The notes beneath the pieces were generated by a model. It was given only the letters and a program-made list of their open reading frames with translations. It was not told where the DNA came from and did no database searches. From NCBI GenBank assembly GCA_041483895.1, contig JBGPGO010000007.1, positions 1 through 64,000 of the forward strand: a DNA stretch of 64,000 nt. The letters are read 5' to 3'. Made by a program: the position numbers and the translations under genes. This document shows, in pieces, positions 9,169 to 18,172 of this stretch (its first letter is position 1; every line of letters starts with the position of its first letter). This DNA is from Fimbriimonadia bacterium (GTDB lineage: Bacteria > Armatimonadota > Fimbriimonadia > Fimbriimonadales > JABRVX01).

Positions 9169-11058
9169 ATGATCCTTTTATTGATGGCCGCACTTCTGTC
9201 GGGGGTGAGCATGCAGCAGGTTCCAACGATCCGCGTGACCAAAGACCCACTCTTCGATGGCAAGATTTCGCCGCTCATCTACGGCGAGTTCGTCGAGTTC
9301 CTCAACGACCTGATCCCCGGGATGTGGGCGGAGAAGGTGCGAGACCGGTCGTTCGAGGGGCCGCTGCAGCCGACGCAGACCTGGCCGCCGGGCCAAGACT
9401 GGCTGGCGCCGCATTGGAAGAGCTTCGTGTGCGGGACAGGGAAGCTGCCGGATTGGCCGAACGGGGATCAGTTCGGGATGGTGGACGCCTCGGCGGATTT
9501 CGTCCTCGATGCCGTCCGGCCGTTTGCCGGTTCCTACTCCGCCCAGATCCGTGCGCATGGCGACGGCGGGTCGTTTCTGGCCGGCATCTCGCAAGAGGGG
9601 ATCTCGGTCAAGAAGGGTGAGAAAATCAATGTCAGCGCGTATCTCCGCGCGGACTCCAACGTGCACGTCACTGTCATGGTTGGGCGCCAGTATGGGACGT
9701 TTTTCCGGCGATACGGCTCGATGACTTGCACGGGTTTATCGCCGGATTGGAAGCGGTTTTCCGGCGAGTTCCTTTCTCCCGCAACGGATGACAATGCCAT
9801 GCTCGTGATCGCGGCGGATGCAGAGGGAATCTTTTGGACTGACAAGCCATCGCTCATGCCGTCGGACAGCGTACATGGCTGGCGCAAAGATGTTGTTGCC
9901 GCTTTCAAAGCGATGAAACCGGGCTGCATCCGATTTGGGGGATCATCCCTCATATTCTATCATTGGGAAACCGGAATCGGACCGCGGGATCAGCGCGCCG
10001 CATTTGAAAATAAGCCCTGGCATAACAGGGAGGAACATGACGTCGGGCTGCATGAGTTCTTGGGGTTTTGTGAGGCGGTCGGCGCGGAGCCGCTGATATG
10101 TCTTAACTCGAACGCAGAGAGTACTAATAGCATCCTCAATGAGATAGAGTATTGCAATGGCGCGGCGGACACTCCCTACGGAAAGAAACGCGCGGCGAAC
10201 GGGCATCCGGAACCGTTCCATGTCGAGTATTGGCAGGTGGGGAACGAGCAGGGCGGCAAGGAGTATGAGGACAAGCTGTTCGCCGTGTGCAAGGCGATAC
10301 GGGCGAAGTATCCGGACCTCCAACTGCTATCATCTTTCCCGTCCGATGCCATGCTGCGCGATCCCGCGGGTTCGCTTGATATTGTGTGCCCTCATTTCTA
10401 TGAGCCTTACACGCAGAATTTGGATAACTACTTCAAGCGCCTCTCCACCGACATTAAAGATCATGCCACGAACAAGAAGATGAAAATCGGAGTTACGGAA
10501 TGGAACCACTCGGCGGGAGATTGGGGATGGGGCCGATCCTGGCTGATGACGCAATTCAACGCGATCGACACCGCGAGATATCTGAATATGTTCCAACGGC
10601 TGGGTGACATGATTGTGATCGCCAATCGCTCGAACATCGTCAACAGCAGCGCGGCCGGGACGGTGCAGACCACGCCGTCGGACCTGTTCTTCACGCCCGC
10701 CTACTATGTGAAACGGGTGTATGGCAACGAGGCAGGGGACATCGCGCTAAAGGTGGAGGGCGGTGGTCCAGTGGATGTATCAGCCACGCGCCGATCGAGC
10801 GATGGCCAGATTGCGCTTTTCATTGTCAATCCCACGGACTCGGCCAACGGGTTCCTCGTTGATTGTAGGGCTTGGGGTCCCCTCAGCAATGGGCGTATTT
10901 GGTCGCTATCGGCTGATTCGATGGATGCGGTGAACTCGTTTGCGGAAAAGGATCGGGTGGCCCCGAAGGTCACGAAATTGGAATTTGTCAACGGGTGCCT
11001 AGTTGTCAAGTTGGCACCGTATTCGGTCAATGTCGTGATGATGTCGGCAGCGCGATAA
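9169..11058 (+). CDS. Secreted alpha-L-arabinofuranosidase-like glycoside hydrolase (GH51)
   Basis: ISPLIYGEFVE, IRFGG, YWQVGNE, IGVTEWN; signal peptide. Confidence 0.88.
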   Translation: MILLLMAALLSGVSMQQVPTIRVTKDPLFDGKISPLIYGEFVEFLNDLIPGMWAEKVRDRSFEGPLQPTQTWPPGQDWLAPHWKSFVCGTGKLPDWPNGDQFGMVDASADFVLDAVRPFAGSYSAQIRAHGDGGSFLAGISQEGISVKKGEKINVSAYLRADSNVHVTVMVGRQYGTFFRRYGSMTCTGLSPDWKRFSGEFLSPATDDNAMLVIAADAEGIFWTDKPSLMPSDSVHGWRKDVVAAFKAMKPGCIRFGGSSLIFYHWETGIGPRDQRAAFENKPWHNREEHDVGLHEFLGFCEAVGAEPLICLNSNAESTNSILNEIEYCNGAADTPYGKKRAANGHPEPFHVEYWQVGNEQGGKEYEDKLFAVCKAIRAKYPDLQLLSSFPSDAMLRDPAGSLDIVCPHFYEPYTQNLDNYFKRLSTDIKDHATNKKMKIGVTEWNHSAGDWGWGRSWLMTQFNAIDTARYLNMFQRLGDMIVIANRSNIVNSSAAGTVQTTPSDLFFTPAYYVKRVYGNEAGDIALKVEGGGPVDVSATRRSSDGQIALFIVNPTDSANGFLVDCRAWGPLSNGRIWSLSADSMDAVNSFAEKDRVAPKVTKLEFVNGCLVVKLAPYSVNVVMMSAAR

Positions 11059-11081
11059 AAGAGCAAATTCGCTGATGCGAT

Positions 11082-11981
11082 TCATAGGTCGGCGTCGCCG
11101 ACAACGTGCTCGGATGCGGGCCGGAGTAGAGTAGTCGTGTCGATCTCGTCCGTAGTCGAGGCTCGGAGCAACGTGGAACGATCTTTCATCAGAGAATCTC
11201 GTTCGCGAATCGTTCGTATGGCGTTGTCCGCCTGCTCTCGTAGGTCCGGTAGCCGTTTTGCAGCCGCCTCGATTTCTGCAGCTACCTCGGCATCGCCAAA
11301 TTGCGCCACAGCATGCATCGCGCCGCCGACAAGTATTTCGTCGGACTCTTCCAGCAACGCGAGGATTGCCGCCCGCTCATTTTTTCCAAACGATTGGGCA
11401 ACATCCTCCGTAACTTGGGCCAACGTGCCGCGCAAAACTTCGTCGGCGAACTTTCGCATGGACTTTGTCCGGCGAGCAATCGCCAACCCGCCGCATGCCG
11501 TCGCCTGCCTTGCAGCGGCCAGCGCACTCGCTGTTCTTCGTGCTCCGAGCCATGCGCCTATTGCGAACAATAGATAGATGAAGATGAGGACGGCGCTGGT
11601 AAAATCATCAAACTTCAAATGCTGGTATCTTTCCACCATCAACGCCCCGAAAAATATTGCGGAGGCAGCCAAGAGAATCAGCCATGTTTGCCTACGCCGA
11701 CTCTCACTCTTGTCAAGGGCGACGAGGGTTCGAATTGCGGATGGCGAGGCATGTTGTGCCAGAAGTCGGATAGCAATTTGGGATGCGGCTGCATAAAAGA
11801 TCTGGGTCCCAATCCACAACGATCTGTTGTTGGCAATCCTCCTGAGGATGGGGATCGCATCGTCACCCATCTCAGCTAGTTCGCGCTCAGCAGCCTTCGA
11901 GATGGATGGATTTTCACTTATCAGACGTCTCGCGAACTTCCTCGCCAATCGAAACTCCCGAAACCGTTTGCGGATATCCAA
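11082..11981 (-). CDS. HEAT-like membrane protein with a C-terminal LLRA..LLRP motif
   Basis: AAERELAEMGDDAIPIL; 2 TM segments; tail LLRASTTDEIDTTTLLRPAS. Confidence 0.7.
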   Translation of the reverse strand: MDIRKRFREFRLARKFARRLISENPSISKAAERELAEMGDDAIPILRRIANNRSLWIGTQIFYAAASQIAIRLLAQHASPSAIRTLVALDKSESRRRQTWLILLAASAIFFGALMVERYQHLKFDDFTSAVLIFIYLLFAIGAWLGARRTASALAAARQATACGGLAIARRTKSMRKFADEVLRGTLAQVTEDVAQSFGKNERAAILALLEESDEILVGGAMHAVAQFGDAEVAAEIEAAAKRLPDLREQADNAIRTIRERDSLMKDRSTLLRASTTDEIDTTTLLRPASEHVVGDADL

Positions 11982-11984
11982 TCG

Positions 11985-12506
11985 TTAAGTCCCGGTTATC
12001 CCCAAACTGTTGCCGCAGGAAGGGCAGAGGTAGAGATAGTTATAGATGGGGCTCTGATACCTTCCGCAAAGATACCAAGGGCGAATGGCCATCTTGTCCC
12101 CCAACATCATCACCCCGCCGCATTTTGGGCACGGGCAGTAGCGCCGCGATCGGACGTAGTAGACGTTGCCCGCGATGCTCAATCCGAGCGCAATGATAAC
12201 TACGGCAATCAACAGCGGCGTTGGATTGCTGATTGACCGGGCGAAACCGCGCAGACCGAAGACCAGCCCCACCCAACAAACGATGGCCACGCCGTGCAGA
12301 ATCCAGGAAATCTGCCGATCGTGCACGGCATCGTAGAGCAGTCGCCGGTCCGGCGCGGCCGGCATCACGGCCTGCGCGGCCTGATGCACATCTTGCCGTT
12401 GTTGGAACAGCGCCGCCCCGCACCACTCGCAGTTGCCGGTACCGTATTGCGTGTCCCGCCCGCACTGCGGACACTTGATTTCCGCGATGACGTTTGCCAC
12501 GGACAA
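11985..12506 (-). CDS. Double zinc-ribbon membrane protein, paralog A
   Basis: CPQCG..CEWCG, 2 TM segments, CPKCG..CPSCG. Confidence 0.75.
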   Translation of the reverse strand: MSVANVIAEIKCPQCGRDTQYGTGNCEWCGAALFQQRQDVHQAAQAVMPAAPDRRLLYDAVHDRQISWILHGVAIVCWVGLVFGLRGFARSISNPTPLLIAVVIIALGLSIAGNVYYVRSRRYCPCPKCGGVMMLGDKMAIRPWYLCGRYQSPIYNYLYLCPSCGNSLGITGT

Positions 12507-12518
12507 AGGATACCCGCC

Positions 12519-13034
12519 TCAAGATGCCGTGATACCAAGCGTGTGGCCGCAATTCGGGCAACGATAGATGTAGTTATACAGCATGTTTCGGTACTTGGTG
12601 ACCGCGTACCATGGCACGATTGGGATCGCCCGTTGCATAAGCATGACTCCGCCACAGACCGGACAGGGGCAATATCTGCGAAACCGCCCATAAAAAAAGC
12701 CTCCGATGGCGAAGAGTGCCACGCCGCCGCAAGCGAGGGCAATCAGAATCCATGGTCCCCATTTGGGTGGACTGTGCCGTCCACCCATGCCATATGCCAG
12801 CGCCAGGAAGCAGGCGATAGTGCCCAGACCAAAGATCCAAGAAATGATTCGGTCCACAAATGCGCCGAACAGCAAGCGGCGATCAGGTACTTCGGGCATC
12901 AGAGCCTTTGCCGCCTGATGCACGGCCTGCCTCTGTTGGAAGACGGGCGCTCCGCACCATTCGCAGTTGCCGGTTGCATACTGCGTCTCTCGCCCGCACT
13001 GCGGACACTTGATCTCGGAAATGGTCTTGCCCAC
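12519..13034 (-). CDS. Double zinc-ribbon membrane protein, paralog B
   Basis: CPQCG..CEWCG, 2 TM segments, CPVCG..CPNCG; tandem duplicate of paralog A. Confidence 0.75.
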   Translation of the reverse strand: MGKTISEIKCPQCGRETQYATGNCEWCGAPVFQQRQAVHQAAKALMPEVPDRRLLFGAFVDRIISWIFGLGTIACFLALAYGMGGRHSPPKWGPWILIALACGGVALFAIGGFFYGRFRRYCPCPVCGGVMLMQRAIPIVPWYAVTKYRNMLYNYIYRCPNCGHTLGITAS

Positions 13035-13081
13035 GAAAGGATGTTACCTGCGCAACGCAAACAGACCAACAGCGGGTAGTA

Positions 13082-14212
13082 TTGAGCGTGACATCACTAT
13101 TCATCATTCTTGCGACGGTTATGTCGCAGCACAACGGCTTCGACGATATCGTTGCCGCGGCGAAATTGATTCACTGGGATGACGCCTATTCGGAGTTGAA
13201 CGCGAACGATGCTCCGATCCCCATCGCCATGAAGCGCAAGTTTGTCGAAGATAATGTGGCAGTGATCCAGCGGGTTCGGAATGATCTGGAGGATCCTTCA
13301 GCGATACCTAATCTAAAGATGGGAGAATACGCTCCGTTCGGTTCTCTACGAGAATTCGCCCGACTCCTGGCGAGGCAGGAGGAAGTGCAGCTAGCGGACG
13401 GAAAGCGATTCGATGCGATCGAGACGATGCAGGTGGGCTGCGAGCTGGCTCAAAGGATGCAACACTATTCCATTATCAATGCGCTCGTCGCGTCGGGGAT
13501 CGAACGGATCGTTAGCCGGCCGATGGAGACTGCAATCTCGACACTAAGCGAACCGGAGGCGGCGCGCCTATTTGAGATATTGAACAAGAACACACGGTTC
13601 GCACCTGATTTCGTAGAGATATTCGTAGGCAGCGCCAATGAGGAAAAAGAAATGGTTGAACACCCGGCGGAGTTCATTGAATCCGATCCAATTGGAAAGA
13701 TGTTTCTTGGCGACAAAACGGACGAGATCCGAAAACAGGAACAAAACAGAACGGAGAAGGAGCGAGCGGAGATAGGAACCACTATTGATTGGGAACGCGC
13801 GGAAGCTCTTCGATTCGCGGTAATTGCCCCGGTGCCGGCCTGGCGGAGAGTACTGCCATCTGTACCTCGTCCTGAACTGCGACACGACCTGGCGGGCCTG
13901 CTTCAAAGCGACTTCGAAATGCAATGGAACTATCTTCAGGATTACGATCGTAATGTCGCACGTCGTCGGGTTTTTGCCGTCCGGGCCGCTATCGCGGTAT
14001 ATAAATGGCACAACTCGGTATTGCCCAAGGACCTGTCAAATCTCAACGAGCCGAATCTCATCACCAACCCGATAACTGGCAAGCCGTTCCAATACTGGCT
14101 CACCAAGGACAGCTATGAGTTGTCATTCACAGAGAACCCGGCCGAGGAAGAACCTGAGAACAGAGGTGTGAGCCGACGGCCCCGATGGGGTACCATCCCG
14201 ACCGGAGGATGA
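13082..14212 (+). CDS. Secreted hypothetical protein (helical; pseudopilin-like C-terminal motif)
   Basis: N-terminal signal-like segment; AIAVYKWHNSVLPKDLSNL...NPITGKPFQY. Confidence 0.65.
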   Translation: MSVTSLFIILATVMSQHNGFDDIVAAAKLIHWDDAYSELNANDAPIPIAMKRKFVEDNVAVIQRVRNDLEDPSAIPNLKMGEYAPFGSLREFARLLARQEEVQLADGKRFDAIETMQVGCELAQRMQHYSIINALVASGIERIVSRPMETAISTLSEPEAARLFEILNKNTRFAPDFVEIFVGSANEEKEMVEHPAEFIESDPIGKMFLGDKTDEIRKQEQNRTEKERAEIGTTIDWERAEALRFAVIAPVPAWRRVLPSVPRPELRHDLAGLLQSDFEMQWNYLQDYDRNVARRRVFAVRAAIAVYKWHNSVLPKDLSNLNEPNLITNPITGKPFQYWLTKDSYELSFTENPAEEEPENRGVSRRPRWGTIPTGG

Positions 14213-14213
14213 G

Positions 14214-14636
14214 ATGGACAAAGCCAAGGTTATTGAGTTATTGAACGGATGTTTGGGCTGGGAGTACCGGGCGCAGCTTCTCTACGCCCACTATGCCGAG
14301 TTTGTCGGCGGGGTCAGCACCGGTTGGCTGAAGGAGCATTTCGAGGAAGAGTCGGCAGAATCGATCGGGCACGCGCAAAAGGTGCGGGCGATCATCGCGC
14401 ACCTCGATGGGATCCCCACCGTCACCCCGGACCCGACCCCAATCCCCCACACGTTGGACGCTGTCGAGATGCTGAAGAACGCCCTCAAGACAGAGCGGAA
14501 GGCCGCCCAGGCCTACTCCGAGGTCATGCCCCTCATCAAGGAAGACCCCATTGCCACCCACGACATCATGCATATATACATGGACGAGGTTCGCTCGACC
14601 GAAGAGGTGGAACAGATTCTGCGGGGATCCATTTAA
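14214..14636 (+). CDS. Ferritin-like / bacterioferritin-family protein
   Basis: E..A...Y, ESIGH, E.KA...Y, DEVRS pattern of a four-helix bundle. Confidence 0.8.
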   Translation: MDKAKVIELLNGCLGWEYRAQLLYAHYAEFVGGVSTGWLKEHFEEESAESIGHAQKVRAIIAHLDGIPTVTPDPTPIPHTLDAVEMLKNALKTERKAAQAYSEVMPLIKEDPIATHDIMHIYMDEVRSTEEVEQILRGSI

Positions 14637-14637
14637 C

Positions 14638-15486
14638 ATGAGCGAAGATCATAACGAAGTATCGCGGCGGGATGTTTTGGCGCAAGGCCTGGGATCGGCA
14701 CTTGCGCTCGTCATGAGCCGGTTCGGCATGGCCCAGACCCCGCAAAAGTCAAAGGAGAAGGAGTTGTTCAAGGTCGGCCTGCAAAGCTATTCCTTCCGCA
14801 CGTACAATTTTGAGGATGCGGTCCTTCGCTCGCGAGACATCGGCATCCACTATTGGGAGTCTTTTCCGGACCACATTCCGATCACCGGCGAGGCACAGAA
14901 AATTCAAAAGGCGCTCGGGATTCTCAAGGCCGCCGACATCAGCCTCTTGACATTTGGCGTGTTGAGTTTCGATAAAGACACCGCGAAAAATCGCAGCTAC
15001 TTTGAATTTGCGAAAAAGATGGGGATACAGACTCTGAGCGCCGATCCCGATCCTGAATCGCTCAGCCAGCTATCGGAGTTGGTGCATGAATTTGATATTA
15101 ATATCGCCATTCACAATCATGGCCCGCAAGACCGCCACGGCCACATCGCGCAGGTGCAGAAGGCGATGGAGGGGCAGCACAAGCGCATCGGCGCGTGCGT
15201 CGACACCGGCCACTATCTGCGCTCGGGCGAGGACCCGGTGACGGCGATCAAGACATTCGGCCAGCGCGTGTACGGGCTGCATCTTAAGGACTTCCTAAAG
15301 GGCACCGACATCGAGAAAGTTACCGGCGATGGAGACTTGGACCTGCATGGAGTATTGGTGGCATTGCGGGAGGTCGGGTACACGGGCGTCCTTTCCACCG
15401 AATACGAATTGGATGAGTCGGCGCCGGTTCCCGGCGTTCAGCGTTGCCTAGCCAATACTCGTGCAGCCGTCGCGAAGTTGGCCTAG
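14638..15486 (+). CDS. Tat-exported sugar phosphate isomerase/epimerase (TIM barrel)
   Basis: SRRDVL Tat motif; IAIHNHG, CVDTGH, LHLKD, STEYE. Confidence 0.88.
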   Translation: MSEDHNEVSRRDVLAQGLGSALALVMSRFGMAQTPQKSKEKELFKVGLQSYSFRTYNFEDAVLRSRDIGIHYWESFPDHIPITGEAQKIQKALGILKAADISLLTFGVLSFDKDTAKNRSYFEFAKKMGIQTLSADPDPESLSQLSELVHEFDINIAIHNHGPQDRHGHIAQVQKAMEGQHKRIGACVDTGHYLRSGEDPVTAIKTFGQRVYGLHLKDFLKGTDIEKVTGDGDLDLHGVLVALREVGYTGVLSTEYELDESAPVPGVQRCLANTRAAVAKLA

Positions 15487-16397
15487 TGCTCCCAGGTCCA
15501 GTGGAACTGCAGCCATCGCACGTCGCCGTTCGTTGAGCCGGCGACGCCGGATTCTATGGCCACCTGTGGCGTGATCTGATACCCGAGTCCAAAGACTGTG
15601 CTGTGGAAATCGCCAAGCTCTCCGGATCGATCGGACCAGCCATAGTATCCGACCCACGGCATCCACTTGCCAAAGCCCTGATAGGCCGTCTTAACAAATC
15701 CGAATCGGAACGGCGTGTTGCCACGATTGTGCGCCTCGATCGCCTCGCCGGAAACATTCCAATGATGCAGCGAGACCGATGCATCGGCGCCAATCGCCTT
15801 ATCGTGACTGCTGTTGAACATCAGCCCGCGGCCGGACGCCCAGGACACGCCGACGTTGACGCCTTTCGCTACGTCCGCACAGATGCGAAGATAGGTGTTG
15901 TTTGTGTACGTATCAAAGTTCTGATTGCTCGATACACTGGCGCTGATCGCTTTGTGATTCCATTGTGCCATCATGCCTGTCTTCGGCTCATACTCCCACT
16001 CCTGCAACCCGAATGGCACCCAATACTTGCCGGCGCGGAAAGCGAATTCGCCGAACGACTTTTCATACCATGCTTCAGCCGGCTGCTCAAATCCTGTGTT
16101 CCGCGCTGTAAAGTTTCTTCCAGCGCCGAGGCTTACCTTTGCTGATTGGCCGCCTGTGCCATTCCATGCCACATACATGTTTGAAGGCAGACTAGTAGAT
16201 TCGCCGGCCCACACTCCATCGCGAGTGCGCCGCATCGCGGGCAGGTTTGTGAATCCAAAATACGCGTCCCAGCCGGCGCGGAACGGACTTTCCATTATTG
16301 GAACGGTCTCGTTAGAAATCTGCGCGGGCACGTTTGCCCTGCCATGCACTTGACCTGTTACTAATACCGCGAACCAGACACCACTGAATGTCCACAT
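15483..16397 (-). CDS. Putative outer-membrane beta-barrel / porin-like protein
   Basis: Signal peptide, RAGKYWVPFG, alternating aromatic strands, C-terminal WLQFHWTW. Confidence 0.65.
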   Translation of the reverse strand: MWTFSGVWFAVLVTGQVHGRANVPAQISNETVPIMESPFRAGWDAYFGFTNLPAMRRTRDGVWAGESTSLPSNMYVAWNGTGGQSAKVSLGAGRNFTARNTGFEQPAEAWYEKSFGEFAFRAGKYWVPFGLQEWEYEPKTGMMAQWNHKAISASVSSNQNFDTYTNNTYLRICADVAKGVNVGVSWASGRGLMFNSSHDKAIGADASVSLHHWNVSGEAIEAHNRGNTPFRFGFVKTAYQGFGKWMPWVGYYGWSDRSGELGDFHSTVFGLGYQITPQVAIESGVAGSTNGDVRWLQFHWTWEH

Positions 16398-16588
16398 GAT
16401 GCGCTACCTCCACCAATCTGTCGCCAGGTAGGTTCCATATTTCCTGGTACAGTATCCCGGATTAGCTACCTGGATTACCGGCATTCGGTCGGTGAATCTG
16501 TGGCTTGCCAAATCGCTTTCCGTCCGGTAAACTCTCCATTCCTTTAGACGTATAAACTATTTAGCTGACTTAACCAAATGGAGCGTCA

Positions 16589-18172
16589 ATGAAACGGTGG
16601 CTTTACGTTGTGGCCGGTGCGGCAATACTGTTCGGCCTGATCGGGTGGCGGGTCGTTTCGAAGAGCCGTGATGCGGCGGAACTCAAGACTTCGCAACAGA
16701 AGCGGCTTCAGGCGCCGGTTCGCGTTGTTTTGGACACGGCCGGTCCGAGGGAGATTACCCAGCATTTAGAGGCGGTAGGCTCCCTCGAATCGCCATACAG
16801 CGTCAAGCTCTCGCCGAAGGTTGCCGGGCGGATCGACTATTTGCAGGTGCGCGAGGGGGATGCCGTGACGCCCGGCATGCAGCTAATCCGTATCGATCCG
16901 ACCGCGGTTGAGGCCGAGGTGCTGCAAGCCCAGGCAGCCCTCGCGGAAGCGCGGTCCCGATACACTCAGGCTCTTCTCACGCAGAACCCCAACGATGTTG
17001 GAGTGAAAACCCAGATCCGCCAGCAACAGGCCGCAAATTCAAGCGCGGAGGCGGACTTCAAGCAGGCGAGCGAGAACTACGCCTCACAGGTCGCCGCCGC
17101 GGATTCCGGCGTTGTTGATGCCGATGCCAAGGTTGCCGGCGCGAAATCGGGGATCAAGAGCGCGGAAGCCGATCTGAATGGCGCTAAGGCAAACCTCGAC
17201 AACGCGAAATCCAAGTTCAATCGAGTCAACGATTTGTATCACAAGGGATATATCGCCGCGCAGGATGTAGACGACGCCCGGACAACCGTCTCTGTTCAGG
17301 AGAGTCAATATGGGTCGAGCCAGAGCCGATTGGCTGTGGCGAAATCCGCGCTTGATTCCGCCGTGGCCCAACAGAAAGCCGCGCAGAACCAGGCCTCGAT
17401 TGTAAAGAAGAAGGGCGTGGCCGATATCGAGGCTTCGCGCGCGAAGCTGACACAAGCGGGAGCCTCGCTGGATTTGGCAAAGTCAAACACTGCGCAGACG
17501 GCCGCCTACAAAGCGAATCTCGCCGCGCTCAAATCCGGAGTTGCCGTTGCGGAAGCCCAGCTTGGCCAGGCCATCGCGCACCGAGCCGACACGGTGTTGA
17601 CGTCGCCGATCAAGGGCTCGGTGACGGCCCGGGCAGCCGATCCCGGAAGCATCGTTACGGCAGGTCAGCCGATCCTCACCATCCAATATCTCGACTGGCT
17701 GTACGTGACGGCATCGCTGCCGGTGGAGGACAGCGGCCAGGTGCACATCGGCCAGGATGCGGATGTAATCATCGATGCACTGCCGGGTCAGAAGTTCGAA
17801 GGGATGATTTCGCAGATCAATCCCTCCGCCGATCCGACAAGCCGGCAGTTCACTCTCCAACTGAAGTTGATGAACCCTGACCACAAGCTGCGGGCTGGAA
17901 TGTATGCCCGAGTGCAGATCGTTACGGAGCGGACTCCGGCTGCCGTGGTGGTTCCCAGGGAAGCGGTAACCGCACAAGATGGCAACTCCGTCGTCCGGGT
18001 TGTGGACGCGCAGAATGTTGTGCACGTTCGGTCCGTGAAGTTGGGGCCGTCGGATGATAAAGGGGTTCAGGTCCTCGAAGGCGTGGAGGCGGGTGACAAG
18101 GTGGTCGTGCTCTCCTATGCGCCGGTTCGCGACGGCCAAACAGTGACCGCAGGCAAGGGAGCCGCGAAATGA
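16589..18172 (+). CDS. RND efflux periplasmic adaptor (MFP) with a long coiled coil
   Basis: SPKVAGRI..VREGD and SPIKGSV lipoyl halves, LRAGMYARV. Confidence 0.93.
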   Translation: MKRWLYVVAGAAILFGLIGWRVVSKSRDAAELKTSQQKRLQAPVRVVLDTAGPREITQHLEAVGSLESPYSVKLSPKVAGRIDYLQVREGDAVTPGMQLIRIDPTAVEAEVLQAQAALAEARSRYTQALLTQNPNDVGVKTQIRQQQAANSSAEADFKQASENYASQVAAADSGVVDADAKVAGAKSGIKSAEADLNGAKANLDNAKSKFNRVNDLYHKGYIAAQDVDDARTTVSVQESQYGSSQSRLAVAKSALDSAVAQQKAAQNQASIVKKKGVADIEASRAKLTQAGASLDLAKSNTAQTAAYKANLAALKSGVAVAEAQLGQAIAHRADTVLTSPIKGSVTARAADPGSIVTAGQPILTIQYLDWLYVTASLPVEDSGQVHIGQDADVIIDALPGQKFEGMISQINPSADPTSRQFTLQLKLMNPDHKLRAGMYARVQIVTERTPAAVVVPREAVTAQDGNSVVRVVDAQNVVHVRSVKLGPSDDKGVQVLEGVEAGDKVVVLSYAPVRDGQTVTAGKGAAK

